Of a DNA stretch of 64,000 nt, positions 1 to 11,752 are shown in pieces. Both the position numbers and the translations under genes were made by a program. Source of the DNA: Macrostomum hystrix (Eukaryota; Animalia; Platyhelminthes); the NCBI GenBank assembly GCA_950097015.1, contig CATNEN010000033.1, positions 4,650,001 through 4,714,000 of the forward strand, in the 5' to 3' direction. Each line of letters starts with the position of its first letter. Positions within the stretch are counted from its first letter, which is position 1. The notes under the pieces are model-generated. The model did not search any database, was not told where the DNA came from, and saw only the letters and a list, made by a program, of their open reading frames with translations.

Positions 1-3000
1 CGAAGGTGCGGGCTCACGCTCTCCGCTGTCGATGAGTTCAGGAAGCTGACTTATGGATATTTTGAGTAGAGGTCTGTGATGACTAGCAGCATCTGGCCCT
101 GTACTGGTCCGTAGAAGTCCATGCCTAGAGTGAGCCAGGCACCGTCTGGGATCTGCGTTGGTTTAAGAGGCGTTTGACGCGCTCCAGTGGAGGCGGCCTG
201 GCAGAGCGTGCAGCACTGAACAAAGCTCTCGCAGTCGCTGCGCATGCGAGGCCACCAGACTTTCGTTTGCAGCCGCTTCAGGGTTCGGTCAGCGCCTAGA
301 TGGCCGGTGTGCGCTAGTTGGAGGACAGGCCTGCGCAGTGTCTCCGGGATGACGATGAGGTCGCCCCTTAGCAGGACGCCGTCACTCTCTGAGAGCTCGT
401 TGCTGACGGTCTTGTAGGAGCGCTGGGCCGGGTCGCGGATATTCCAGTTACCGGTTCGGATGGCGCTTAGCGCCGCCTGGATGCCGCTGTCGGTGCCCGA
501 CGCTTCCCGCACTTGAGCGAGGCTGAAGCCCTTTGGCACAGCTCCAGCCGACACGGCGTTGACGAAGGCGGTGTCAAGTTCTTCACCTACGTTCCTCCTT
601 GATTCTGGCAGTGGCTGCCGGCTTAGCAGGTCGGCTGGATTGGTCGGCCCGGGTCGGTAAATCAGATCGAAGCGGAGGTGCTGGATGCGAAATGCCATCC
701 GTTCGATTCGTGGCGGTGGACGAGAGCCAGGCTTGAACAGCGGCACGAGTGGTCGGTGGTCTGTTACTACAGTGAAGCCTGGGTCTCCGGCTAGGTAGTG
801 TTCAAACTTCAAGCACCCGAATTTGATGGCCAGAGCTTCTCGCTCTATCTGCGCGTACCGCTGTTCCACTGCTGAAGGGGCTCTGCTGGCGTAAGCCACG
901 GGTCTGCTGCTGCCGTCCGGCTGCCTCTGCGTGAGGATGGCGCCCAGTCCGACCGGGGAGGCGTCCACTAGGAGCTCGGTTTCCCGCCTGCGGTCGAAGA
1001 AGGCGAGCGTTTCCGCGGCGCCGATTGCTTTTTTAATGCTTTCGAATGCCGCAGTGTGCTTATCCGTCCACTCCCAGACCTGGCCCTTCTTAGTCAATTG
1101 ACGTAGGGGCCCGGCGAGGTGAGCGAAGTTTGGGACGAATTTTGACAAGAAGTTCGTGGTGCCGAGGAATGAGCGGACGTCGGAAACGTTTGCAGGTTGC
1201 CGAAAGCTCTGCATGGCCTCAATTTTCTCAGCAGCTGGCTCCATGCCCCGAGCAGTCAGGCGCATGCCGAGAAACTCGATGGACGGTCGGGAGAACCTGC
1301 ACTTGTCCCTGTTGAGGGTGATGCCGTACTCACGCAGGCGCTGAAGGCACGCGTCCAGTCTCTTATGGTGTTGCTTTAAATCAGATGCGTAGATCACCAC
1401 GTCATCGTGCGCCCACCGGACGCCTTCAATGTCGCTGAGGATGCCCAGCATGATCCGTTGCAAAATCTCCGAGGCATTCGTGAACCCCATGCTAAGTCTT
1501 TTAAGTCGCATTAGTCCGAGAGGCGTGCTGAAGGTGAAGTAGTGGCGGCTGTCTTCGTGAACTGGAATCTGGTAGAACGCCTTGCGGATGTCTAGTTCAC
1601 TGAAAATTTTAGCGTTGGCCATCTCCTCCGTGATATCTTCTAGCGTGGGGATCTGTTGTTTCTCCGGTATAACGAAAGCGTTGAGGTCGCGGAGATCCTG
1701 GCAGATTCTGACGCCCCCATCGGTCTTGGGCACTACTACCATACGGGATACCCAGGCGCTTGGTCCTTTGACGGCCTCAATAATGTCCTGCTTCTCTAGT
1801 GCCCGGAGTTCGTTAACTACGGCTTCTTTGAGGTGAGCAGCTACCCGGGAAGGCGCCTGGCATACCGGAATGGCATTTTCGGATAGCTGGACTTTGACCT
1901 CTACGCCCTTGATGCAGCCGATGCCGTTGAATGCCTCTTTGTGTCGGTGCAGGATTGCGTCGAGTTGAGGATCGTTTGACTGCGGTGACGGCGTGTCAGA
2001 GACTGCGCTAATTTCCTGCGCGTCGGAGATCTGTGGCCTCTGGATCTTCAGCACTCCAAGTTTGAATGCAGGCTGGCGTCCCAGAATAGTCAGTCCGTCG
2101 CCGTTCATGATGTGAAATGTCGCGGTAGTATTGGCTGCTCCAACTTTGATGTGGAGTTCGGCGACCCCTGCAATCTTTAGAGGTGTCGGTACCCCGTAGG
2201 CGGGGACTTCTGTTCTTGTTGGACGAAGGTCCGGTAGATTAAGAGTCCTGAAGGTTTTGAGACTCATGATACTACAGCTGGCTCCGCTATCAACCATCAT
2301 GGGCAGTTGTCGATTTGCCACCTGTACGGACAGCGAGACGTCGGCTGGGTAGTCGCCGCCGTCGTACAGAGCAAACACATCTTCCTCCGTGGAGCCGTCA
2401 GCCGAACTGAAGACTGCATTAGTGCTGATTCTCTGCTGCTGGGTCCGGTTGTTGTGCATCTGTCGAGGCTGGCGGCAGGCCAAAGCGAGATGGTTGGGTT
2501 TGCCGCAGTTGCGGCAGATTTTACCTTTGGCTGCGTCACAGGTGGCGTGGCCTTTCTCGCCGCAGCGGTAACACGTGAGCTGCTTCTGATTGCCGGACCT
2601 GCTGCTCGTCAGAGTCGCGCCTCTTCTGTCAGGTTTCACCTTATCGCCATGGGCAACGCTCGCCACATGCGTCTCCGACTTCTCCATCTCGGTGGCCTGT
2701 TCATCGGCTGCCTCAAACGCCCTAGCCTTCCGTAGCGCCTCGTCAAGGCTGATGTTCGCTTCCTGGAGCAGCCGCCTGCGAAGCTTGGCGGATGAGCAAG
2801 TTGCCACGAGCTGGTCCCTGATGAGGGAGTCTTTGAGATTCTCGAACTCACACGGCTCTGCAGCTGTGCGCAATCTGGCGTACCATGCGTCAATAGATTC
2901 TCCAGCTGCCTGTGTGCTGAGGCGGAACTGGTATCTAGCGAAGACCAGATACCAGATACCAGATACCAACGCGAAAAAACGAAAGCGAAACGTTTTTTCG

Positions 3001-3285
3001 AGCATTGAAGTGAGACTTTAGAGCGTCAAGCGTATGCGAGAGGGTGAGTTCGCCGGCCTGTGCTTTCGCTGTCAGGTCGGCGTTTTCACGGATGATGTCG
3101 GCGATTTCCTTGCCAGCTGTGTAGCTCAGTTTTGCCAGCTTTGCTTCTCGTTGGTGATGCCTGATGCATCAATGAAGTCTTCGAAACGAGACGCCCATTG
3201 ATTCCAGCGCTTGCCCGCGTTGTGTGGGTCTGCTGATATTGCGAATGGCTCAGGCGGGGGGCAGTGAGAGAAAGTTGGCTGTCAT
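1..3285 (-). pseudogene. gag-pol polyprotein pseudogene
   Basis: Long ORF 51..3005. Gag N-terminus (LPPPEPFAISADPHNAGKRWNQWASRFEDFIDASGIT...) is recoverable from ATG at 3285 only with frameshifts: an extra base in the G run at ~3256-3261, a missing base near 3140, and a 43-bp insertion at 2947-2989. An in-frame TAA at 51-53 lies inside the integrase (SKYP*VSFLNSST continues in frame). Confidence 0.88.
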
Positions 3286-3308
3286 TTTTTTTACCGCGCG
3301 GTAGGCGG

Positions 3309-3320
3309 CTTGCGATGCCA
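3309..3320 (-). other. Candidate primer-binding site (TGGCATCGCAAG)
   Basis: TGG (complement of tRNA 3' CCA) one base after the LTR-terminal CA and 35 bp before the gag ATG. The cognate tRNA was not identified. Confidence 0.55.
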
Positions 3321-3321
3321 C

Positions 3322-3558
3322 TGTAAGGAGTGCTGAGCCGAGAGATGATTTGTGTAGACGAAAAAGCCTAAAGCGAAGTAGGCTCTGAGCAATCGATTAT
3401 ATTTGATATTTGGTGATGAACATGCAACGTGCGGCCGATGGGTGCAGATGTACATTAATCGCTCGCAACTCCACACACACTACGATATAACTCAGGGCCT
3501 ACAGCTAACACGGCTAAATGAACGCGCGCCCACTTGGCGCCTACAATGCTGACTTACA
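3322..3558 (-). repeat. Candidate 5' LTR (~237 bp)
   Basis: Bounded by a perfect 6-bp inverted repeat TGTAAG...CTTACA (TG..CA termini) and immediately followed on the minus strand by a PBS-like TGG sequence. The partner LTR is outside the window, so the outer boundary is unconfirmed (CCTACA ending at 3545 is an alternative). Confidence 0.6.
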
Positions 3559-5503
3559 TCGCGGCATAACCGTAATTAGAATGTATCGGAAATGGATGAA
3601 ATTGTTGTTCACAATAAATAAAATAATAATTTTAGGTCAATGAAGCTAACGGATAACATGATTATTTGGGTTATATTTAAATTAAGTGTTTATAGAAAGT
3701 CCAAAACTAGCAAAAATACTGAATATAATACTGCATGATTTTACCGACTAAAATACTTTATATACTAGCCAATTTAATTCTAAAGAAACGATAATAGAAA
3801 TTTCTCTGTTAAAGACTTTCTAACAAAAATCGGCAAGCTAACTAGGCAAAAAAAGGCTTTATTATTATCTACAAATGTAACTAATTGTTATTTGAGTTAA
3901 CTAAAAATCCAAGTCTAGTCATTCTAATAAACATCGTTTTAGTTTACGTATCGTAATACGAAACATAAATGAAATTATCATATTTTTGCATGCTTGAAAT
4001 ACTATAAAATTTAAATATCAACGCATTGAATTGAAAGAAAATTGCTAGTAAATAGACCTATCTTATAGCCGACGACACAGAAGAGGACTTATCTGTTTTG
4101 ATAAAAAATCTGATAGTGAGTATAGCATTAAGTAAAATTTCAGCTCATATATTTATCATTTTAAATGCTTGATAGCTAAAAGTGAGAATTTATATTAAGC
4201 ACCATTTTATGCTAAGGCAAGCATATTTGTTGGACTCTATACCTAGTCCTATTAAACTGAAGTACATAATTGTATTAACTTTGCTGTTCATTCATACAGC
4301 AATCTAGACCTATTCATACAAGCTGCTGTGTGGATAAGCAGAAAATAGGCCTAATCGGCATGGATCCGTGTGGATAAAATTGAAATTATCGGCATGGGAC
4401 TGTGGGAATAAGCTCTGCCTTAATATATATATTTCATTTTTTGCTACTTTCTGTTAAAATGGTAAAAAGCTTACTCTTTAGATAGTCATAGTTAAGAACA
4501 CAGAATGAATGCCTAGTAGCATTGTCCCTAAGCCTCTTGAAGGCCAACCTAAGGCACTCAGACATTGGCCTAACTGAGGGATGGAAGTCTAGAAGGCCTA
4601 CAATGTCCTCAAAAACCACATTATCTACTTGTCATGAATCATAATAATAATTGCTAAAGGGCTGTGGGCAATAGCACACCTTTGGTGACATGAGACCTGC
4701 CACAAGCAAGAAAACAATTCAGCCAATTTTGTTGACTGCTAGCACAGGCATAGATATTGTATTTGTACGCAGGCACATCATTCCATTATAGGACATAGTA
4801 GAGGGAAGAAAAATTATAACACATAGAGACTAAAGAGACAAACAAACTAAAGCAATAGCATCTTTTAGTACAATTCAATTCACCATCATTTCCAGTTCAG
4901 TTTTTTTGTCTAAAATTAAAATGTTGAGTTCCCACCATTTTTATTTTGCCAGCTTAACCAAACATTACAGTTTAGGCCTACTTGAAAAGTGCTCTATTAT
5001 ACAACTCAAAGTTATTTCACATATATGGGTTTGAACATCAGGAGATTTATGACTAAATTGTCTAAAACATAATAAATTTATGTTTACTATATTAATTGGC
5101 TTATGCCACTTATATTGAAATTACTAGGCCTATATTGTAAAATTGTAAAAAACCTAGCTATTTTGTGACTAGGAATTTTGGGCTATTTTTATCCCACTAT
5201 AATCATGGTCAGTTGGGAAGGAAGAAATGTGATCACCTCCTCTCATCATTGGAGCTAGTCAGAATTGTAGCAGTCTTGGCCATATTGTTAAACAAAGTCC
5301 ATACAAGACAAGTGTCATTGAATATAAGGTAGAAAATGGAACTAAGTTGCCCTAAGATTATTGATTTCACAAGAGGCCCTATGACTTCATTCTGCATGAT
5401 GAATACAAAAGTATAAGCCTACAAGTCTAAGACAATAGTATTAGGCCTAATAATTTTAAATGGGCTGTAGGCACTGATGCACATAATGCCCACAGATACA
5501 GTA

Positions 5504-5621
5504 CACAGGTGTGTACATCTGCCCTGACTTTCTCATCATCAGGCAGTGTACACTTTCATTGTTCCTAGGAGGTTGGCCCTTGAAGGCTTAAATTACACAA
5601 GCCCCAAGCCTTCTCTCTGTG
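5504..5621 (-). mobile_element. tRNA-derived SINE family A, internal fragment
   Basis: Close match to the bodies of the copies at 6613-6858, 16661-16930 and 34862-35080 (CAGGTGTGTACATCTGCCCTGACTTTCTCATCATCAGGCAGTGTACAC...GGAGGTTGGCCCTTGAAGG). Confidence 0.8.
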
Positions 5622-5741
5622 ACTGCTTTTTAAATTAACATGGCCTATAGATAATCAACAAAGTTTTCAATCGGCACCAATCGAAACACCTTTCAGCTCG
5701 CTAGCCCCATGAAGTTCGCACGTTTGGGTTCTTCATTGCAG

Positions 5742-7593
5742 ATTTGTTTTAGTAGAGATGAGCTGGAGCTAGTCTCCAGTCTCAGCAATGTGACTCTTCA
5801 TTGTGAAGACTGCGGTCATTTTTCATCAGATTTTCATCAACTCGCGCAGCACATGGCGATTTGCCACCGCGAGGCGGCTCCGAGCGACCTGCGTCACTTC
5901 TTGCGCCAACAGAAGCAAATCGGTTCGCAGCAGCCTTTTCAGCCTTCGCCTTCGTTGTCGCCGTCTTCTGGTCCATCGCCAGCTTGCCAGAGCCTCGGCC
6001 TCATGCCAAAGAGGTCGTCCTCTGTGTTGTCTTCCAGCAACGGCGACCAGCAGATCCTAGCGCGTCCTCTGTTAAAGCGGGCCAGAAATGCGGCCGAACT
6101 GCCCAAAAGCTTCGACATCACCAACGAGCCGTGCAGCCAATGGCTACCGGTTGTAGAACTCAAACCGGATTTGTCGCGAGTTGTCTCACTAAATAAAGGG
6201 GACTACGTTAACTACCCCTCTAACGAGCAGTTCGCCACTGTGGCTGAAATTTACCAGCAGTTCCTGGCCAGCAGGGAACTTGGCACCCACTATGCTGACC
6301 GGCTGTTTGACGCCGGCGTTACCCTCGCTGAGCACCTCGGTACAAATGTGTCCAGCGGGCGCCAAGTCGACTTGGTGTTCCAGCTGGGCAAGGATGTGGC
6401 CAAGTGCGCCGCTGAAGCTGAGCTGTTCGGCGGCAGTGGCGATGCCGCTTCGCCCGAGGAGCTGGCTCGCAAGCTTTTCCACCTCTCTGTGCAGCTGCTG
6501 CAGCCCAACTCCCAGGTCTGTGTTGGGCTGCTTTTATATTTTGCTAAATGTACAGTGATGAAGTAAAGTGGTTAAATAATGATTGCAGAATGGCTGCAGG
6601 CAATGGCACATCATTTGGTAACACTAGACCGGCAACCAGCGAGGAGGCAATTCTGCCCATTTCCCTAACCCCTGAGCACTCACTCACACAGGTGTGTACA
6701 TCTGCTCTGACTTTCTCATCTTCAGGCAGTGTACACTCTCACTGTGCCTTGGAGGTTGGCCCTCAAGCGCGTAAATTGCATGACAACCCCTCCAAGCCTT
6801 CTCTCCGCGGCTCAAAAATCAAACGAGTCAAACGCGTTAGACCGCTCTGCCACCGACCCCCTAAGTGACGTGGTTAACTTACAGTGATTTATTCAAGAAA
6901 ACTAACTATAAGTAATCTGCTGTCTGTTTTTGCCTTTTGCGAGGCAATCTGTGCGAGTCTCTTTAAATTTCTCTATTAGGGTGTCTAGATTTTTTCTTTA
7001 ACTAAATGATTTGCAGTGGTCCCAGAGAGATCTGTACATTTCTGACAGATATATTTTAAGCAAACTTTAATACTTTTTTGACTGCAGATTCCACATAAGG
7101 AACAGTTCGACAATCTATCCTAGATAGAATCAATCTAGGATTCATATTGATTCTATTTTTAGAATTCGCAACGGTTCTATTTTTAGCTCCGTAATGGTTA
7201 TATTTTTAGCCTACAGAATGTTTCTATTTTTAACATTCTTAATGGGTCTTATCTTTTGTTAGCATCCATGAATGAAGCGATGGCTATATTTTGGAGGAAC
7301 CTGTAATGCTAGAATTTATTTCTTTTAGCAAGCCTGAATGTTCATTTATAGCGCCACCACAATCTTCAACCTTCCGTCTGCACCAGGGGCACATTAACGG
7401 AGAAGATGCCTGCTCCGACATCGTCAGCTGCATCAGGGCAGTCCGTCACTACATTGAGACGCCGAGTCTCGAACGGCTAACGAAGCTGGAGGAGAGCGCT
7501 CGAGACCTCAGCCTTTATGTCGGTAGATTGAACACCTGCTTGACTGACCTGAGCCAATCCTGCGTCATCAGCGGCCAGGACAGCTCCGAGCAG
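5742..7593 (+). CDS. Partial gene: C2H2 zinc-finger protein with a possible SAM-like helical domain (exons ~5742-6515 and 7387-7593; start and end not defined)
   Basis: CEDCGHFSSDFHQLAQHMAICH fits C-x2-C-x12-H-x4-H. The phase-0 donor CAG|GTCTGT at 6515 joins a phase-0 acceptor CACCAG| at 7387, and a donor CAG|GTTTGC follows at 7593. A further exon near 7900-8050 is possible but unproven. Confidence 0.62.
6613..6858 (-). mobile_element. tRNA-derived SINE family A, near full length with B-box region deleted
   Basis: The minus strand starts GGTCGGTGGCAGAGCGGTCTAACGCG (A-box TGGCAGAGCGG). It shares the body and the 3' end (CCGGTCTAGTGT..CCAAAT) with the 16661 copy. Confidence 0.8.
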
Positions 7594-8214
7594 GTTTGCA
7601 GAATGTTCGTCTGCATGCAGATGATGGTCATTAAGTGTAATTTGAAGGGCTAGATACAGCTGTGGACAAATTTGTTTGTAACATATCCAGTCGATGGTTA
7701 GTTATTGTGTAGAAACCATCAAACAAAGCCAGCCAATTAAGGGTAGAAATAGCACGCTATTTTTCCTCCAGGGGCAGATTTTCTTGAAAGTCCAGCATAT
7801 GGATAAAACTTTTACGCCCTTTTCGATGAAATAATTTTCAAAGCCATCCAAGTCAGTATTACTCAGCAATTCTTGCCGAAGACCCTATTCTTTCGAAAAT
7901 CGCATACGAAATTCAACTCGGGGTGGAGCCACAGAGAGCTATCCAGCATAAGAAGGCCCTCAGCATTGCTGCGGTCACTCTGAACTTTGCCGCTGCAATC
8001 ATTTCTAGGTTCAGAATGGCCGCCATCATCAATTTGTTAATGCGTTGGTCTGAAATTTTATTAGCTAATTTTTTATCCTTTGACTGCGTTTCTAAAAGTA
8101 AAAAAGTTTTTGTTTTTATCTTTTTTTCAGTAATCCCCACAGAATCAGCGGAAAACCTATACGGTAATACTAGGTAATCACCTATACAGTTTTAGTTTAA
8201 TATCTCTTATACGG

Positions 8215-8780
8215 TTAACCCCCACGGAATTATTCTGAAAGGGAATAAGAGAAATAAGAGAATCTATTTGATATCTCTTATACGGGAATCGCCACAGAAT
8301 CTATTGAATATCTCTTAAGCGGGAATCCCCACAGAATCCATTGAATATCTGTTATACGGGAATCCCCACGGAATCTATTTGATATCTCTAATACGGGAAT
8401 CCCCATGGAATCTATTTGATATCTCTCAAGCGGGAATCCCCACAGCATCTATTGAATATCTTTTATACGGGAATCCCCACAGAATCTATTGAATATCTTT
8501 TATACGGGAATCCCCACAGAATCTATTGAATATCTTTTATACGGGAATCCCCACGGAATCTATTTAATATCTCTCAAGCAGGAATCCCCACAGAATCTAT
8601 TTAACATATCTTATAAAGGAATCCCTTTCGAATTGCCCGAATGATTTTAAGGGAATTCCTTTCGAATTGCCCGAATGATTTTAAGGGAATTCCTTTCGAA
8701 TTGCCCGAATGATTTTAAGGGAATTCCTTTCGAATTGCCCGAATGATTTTAAGGGAATTCCTTCCGAATTGCCCGAATGC
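8215..8780. repeat. Compound minisatellite: ~37-bp unit (CGGGAATCCCCACAGAATCTATTGAATATCTTTTATA) then 34-bp unit (AAGGGAATTCCTTTCGAATTGCCCGAATGATTTT)
   Basis: Direct tandem periodicity read from the sequence; the unit switches near 8620. Confidence 0.92.
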
Positions 8781-9766
8781 AATTAGGATATCGCTGCTAA
8801 ATCAGCGGAACACTTGCGTGAAGTTAAATGGGCCTGGCAACATAAGCCTATTTGTTTACCAGATATTGCCATGAAAGTATATTGTTCTTTTGTTGCTATC
8901 AATCTTACATTGTTTATTGCTGCTATCTCTGCGCAAGCATCGCTCTGTATTTATCCTTAAATGTAGAGTCTGTGCTCTCTGTTTTCTGTCATACTTTAAT
9001 GCATCGCGTCGCATTTCTTTGCTCAACAATAAATGTATCCCCATTTTCCCTGGGCGAGTGTCTATCGGACGCATGATTTCAATCGTTTCCCTATGTGAAT
9101 GAATCATTTTTAATCCCCAGCTTGGCCTGGCCAGTTGCCTATCTAACCCGAATGTTTTATTTAATGGCATATGCCTTTAAATAGCTTAATTTTCGTCGTC
9201 TATGGCAAAACCGGCTTAAGATACATTAGCAATGGCAATATGGATTGTCATTTTGTTGGTAGAACAATTCTGCTGTTCTTTGTAGCTCGTATAAGTAGTT
9301 TACCTATACGTATTTTAATAAAACCCAGAGTTGTTGTCGATGGCCTTAGGCCCGTCCTCGAACGCTGTTTCTTGGAAACACCTCCTTCAGCAGTGCCTAA
9401 AGCAAAGAAACGAAATCTAGGGGAATTGTGCCATATCAGTTGGTGAAACGAACTACGAGACGATAGATTTATTGCGCAACATAGCGCGAAAAAATCTCAG
9501 CGCGCTAGCCTATAGAATGCAAATGTTTTCTCTTCTTTTACTCGACACACTTATTAATTATGAGTACATTTTGTGTATGATTGACATATGGGGCTTCCCT
9601 CTTCACCCCCAGAAGACAAAAATACTATTGAAACTCTATAAAATGCCTAAATAGTTAGTCTCTTTCGATTATTTTTGCCATTGACATTGACAGCAGGCGC
9701 GAAATGAAGTCAATACACAAAACCACAGATTATATGTCCTCTAGATGTGTCACTCAAGCAAAATAT

Positions 9767-9872
9767 ACCAATATTGATAGGCTGCAGAGGGCTGAAACGA
9801 GGTAAAACGTTGAGGCGCGTAGCGCCGACGCGTTTCACCTCGTTTCAGCCCGAGCAGCCTATCAATATTGGT
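9767..9872. repeat. ~105-bp near-perfect palindrome (~43-bp arms)
   Basis: ACCAATATTGATAGGCTGCAGAGGGCTGAAACGAGGTAAAACG pairs with CGTTTCACCTCGTTTCAGCCCGAGCAGCCTATCAATATTGGT. The loop contains a GCGC-GTA-GCGC mini-hairpin. Confidence 0.92.
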
Positions 9873-10559
9873 GTTGTAATTAGCCTACGCGTATTGAAAC
9901 GAGGTTGAAACTAACGGCAGCCCGCCCTCTGCTGTTGTCTATGGTCGAATTCCATAGATATGCACTGCGGGCGGGCCGTGATTCTTCCGCTTCGCGAAAA
10001 CCCAGAGGTTTGGCCATAAACACTTCTACTGCTGAACTTTTCGTATTCACACTGTAAGACGCTGGTTTGTCAGGTAGCACGCTCATATTATATTTGGCAG
10101 CAACACTGGGGTGGGCGTACCCACCCCCAATCACGCCACGCTAGCACGGACGCAGGCGTGTACGCTCTACCCCCACTGTACACTGCGGGCCGCGAACTCT
10201 AAGCTGCTTACAACACCTGGTTGAGAAATGAATAGGGAAAGCTCCATGCATTCCTACATGCTTCCTCGCTCACCCGTGGTTGTCAAAGTCCAGACAGAAA
10301 ATTCTGCATATTTGAACACGAAAAGATGCAAGCGATCAGTGGCATTATATTTGGGCAACTATTGAGTTTATTAGACTACAGAAGAGCATCAGAAACTGCT
10401 GGGTTACTGCAGACTCCTGCTTTCGGAAAAAACGATCGAATCCTGCATTTCAGCAGTCTCAGAGGAGTCTCAGTCTCAAGGCACCTGGCTGATTGCGCAG
10501 AAAACGATACGCAGCATGACTGAGGTGATGAGATAGCGATGGCTTCACGCACTTGTTTG

Positions 10560-11049
10560 CGATCCTAGCGCATGCCGCGGTTGCGAATACCGCCTCTTGC
10601 TGCCCTCGAGTGATGCTGGCGAGTCTCCGCCGTCTCTCTGACCGAGCTGCGGTCAACTCAGCTGCCAACTCTACATTATGCACGTCTTCGCAATGAAGGA
10701 TCGGTGGGTAATATCGGCAATATCGTCTGGCAGAGGTTCGATCTCGGCTGGTTCCCTTTCTAGGCGTGGTGGAAACTAAGAAGCCTGTGGAATGGCAGTA
10801 ACGTTTTTGGCAGTATTTCGGAGTCAAGCTGAGGAGCGCCTCTCGTGCGGTGGGCAGGCGCACATTTTTTATTTTCGCAGCCGAACAAACTCGAGGTCAA
10901 CGCCACGCAGTCCTAGAACTTGTATCTAGCGATCTGCCATCACATCGTCCCTTGGAAATTTGTGCAGGTGGATGGGGAATCCGTACTGTGACTTCAAGCG
11001 TTTCTTGTGTTGAATAACATGCGGCTGCACAACAAGCGCGACCGCTGAT
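10560..11049 (-). pseudogene. Decayed THAP-domain protein
   Basis: Joining frames gives (I/M)SGRACCAAAC...LHKFPRDDVMADR*IQVL...MCAC...KNVTAIP, i.e. the THAP C-x2-4-C, FP, W (now a stop codon), second Cys site and terminal AVP-like motifs in order, broken by frameshifts. Confidence 0.6.
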
Positions 11050-11752
11050 GCGATTAACAGAGACGGCCCACTTGTTACGCTTGATGGTGTTTACAGCCTT
11101 TGTACTCTCTTTAAGAGCTTTCACTGCATCTAGCGCTTCGCGGTCACGAACAGCTCTTACTTCTTAGACAGAGTACGGATCACGTAAATCTAAACCATCA
11201 ACCAGAATCTCTTCTAAGTCGCGCTCGGTGATACAATTTGGATCATAATCACCGCAGAGATTTTCCGCTAAGTTCGCTATTGAATTTATCAAGACTTGCC
11301 TTTCCATGTTTTCTTCCACGATTTATTTTCTTCATTAATGTTTCTCATTTACAAAAACAGAACATGCATACTTTTACCATAGACATGCCGGGGTTTATCT
11401 GCATACATCCCGCAAAATGAATATAGTTTAAATAAGATATTTTATGAGATACTGATACCGACATGAAACCCATAGAATATCTTATACAAACACGATAGCT
11501 TGGGTGAACAACTCGCAGACAAATAGTCTATGGCCGAAAGGGTGAGCGGAAATTCCCACAAGCTAAAACTGGGTGTGTGACACATCTAGAGGATATATAA
11601 TCTGTGCATAAACCTGAAGCCAATTTAGCCATAGACATTTGCAGCGGGCGCATAACTTCATTTCGTGCCCGCTGTTGTAGCTGACTCTGTTATGGCATAA
11701 TAACAATATGCATAGGCTGTTACGGGCATAAATTTGCAAAAACTTTAGTATA

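Larger units (their letters stand above)
1..3558 (-). mobile_element. Ty3/Gypsy LTR retrotransposon (Mag-like), decayed; 3' part runs off the left edge of the window
   Basis: Domain order is gag (ARYQF..Q..ES.D....LR motif, two zinc knuckles), protease (MMVDSGAS), RT (LDIRKAFYQI, RLSMGF, AHDD), RNase H (VDASPVGLGAIL, TDHRPL), integrase zinc finger (H..GH ... C..C) and start of the core (DFYGP). This is the Gypsy order. A candidate 5' LTR and PBS lie upstream. Confidence 0.95.
9667..11704 (-). mobile_element. Old TIR DNA-transposon remnant containing a decayed THAP-domain ORF
   Basis: Inverted homology between 9724-9753 and 11577-11606 (29/30) and between 9690-9710 and 11655-11675 (19/21), with weaker similarity further out. 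THAP-like relic inside. Outer ends and TSD not resolved. Confidence 0.6.
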
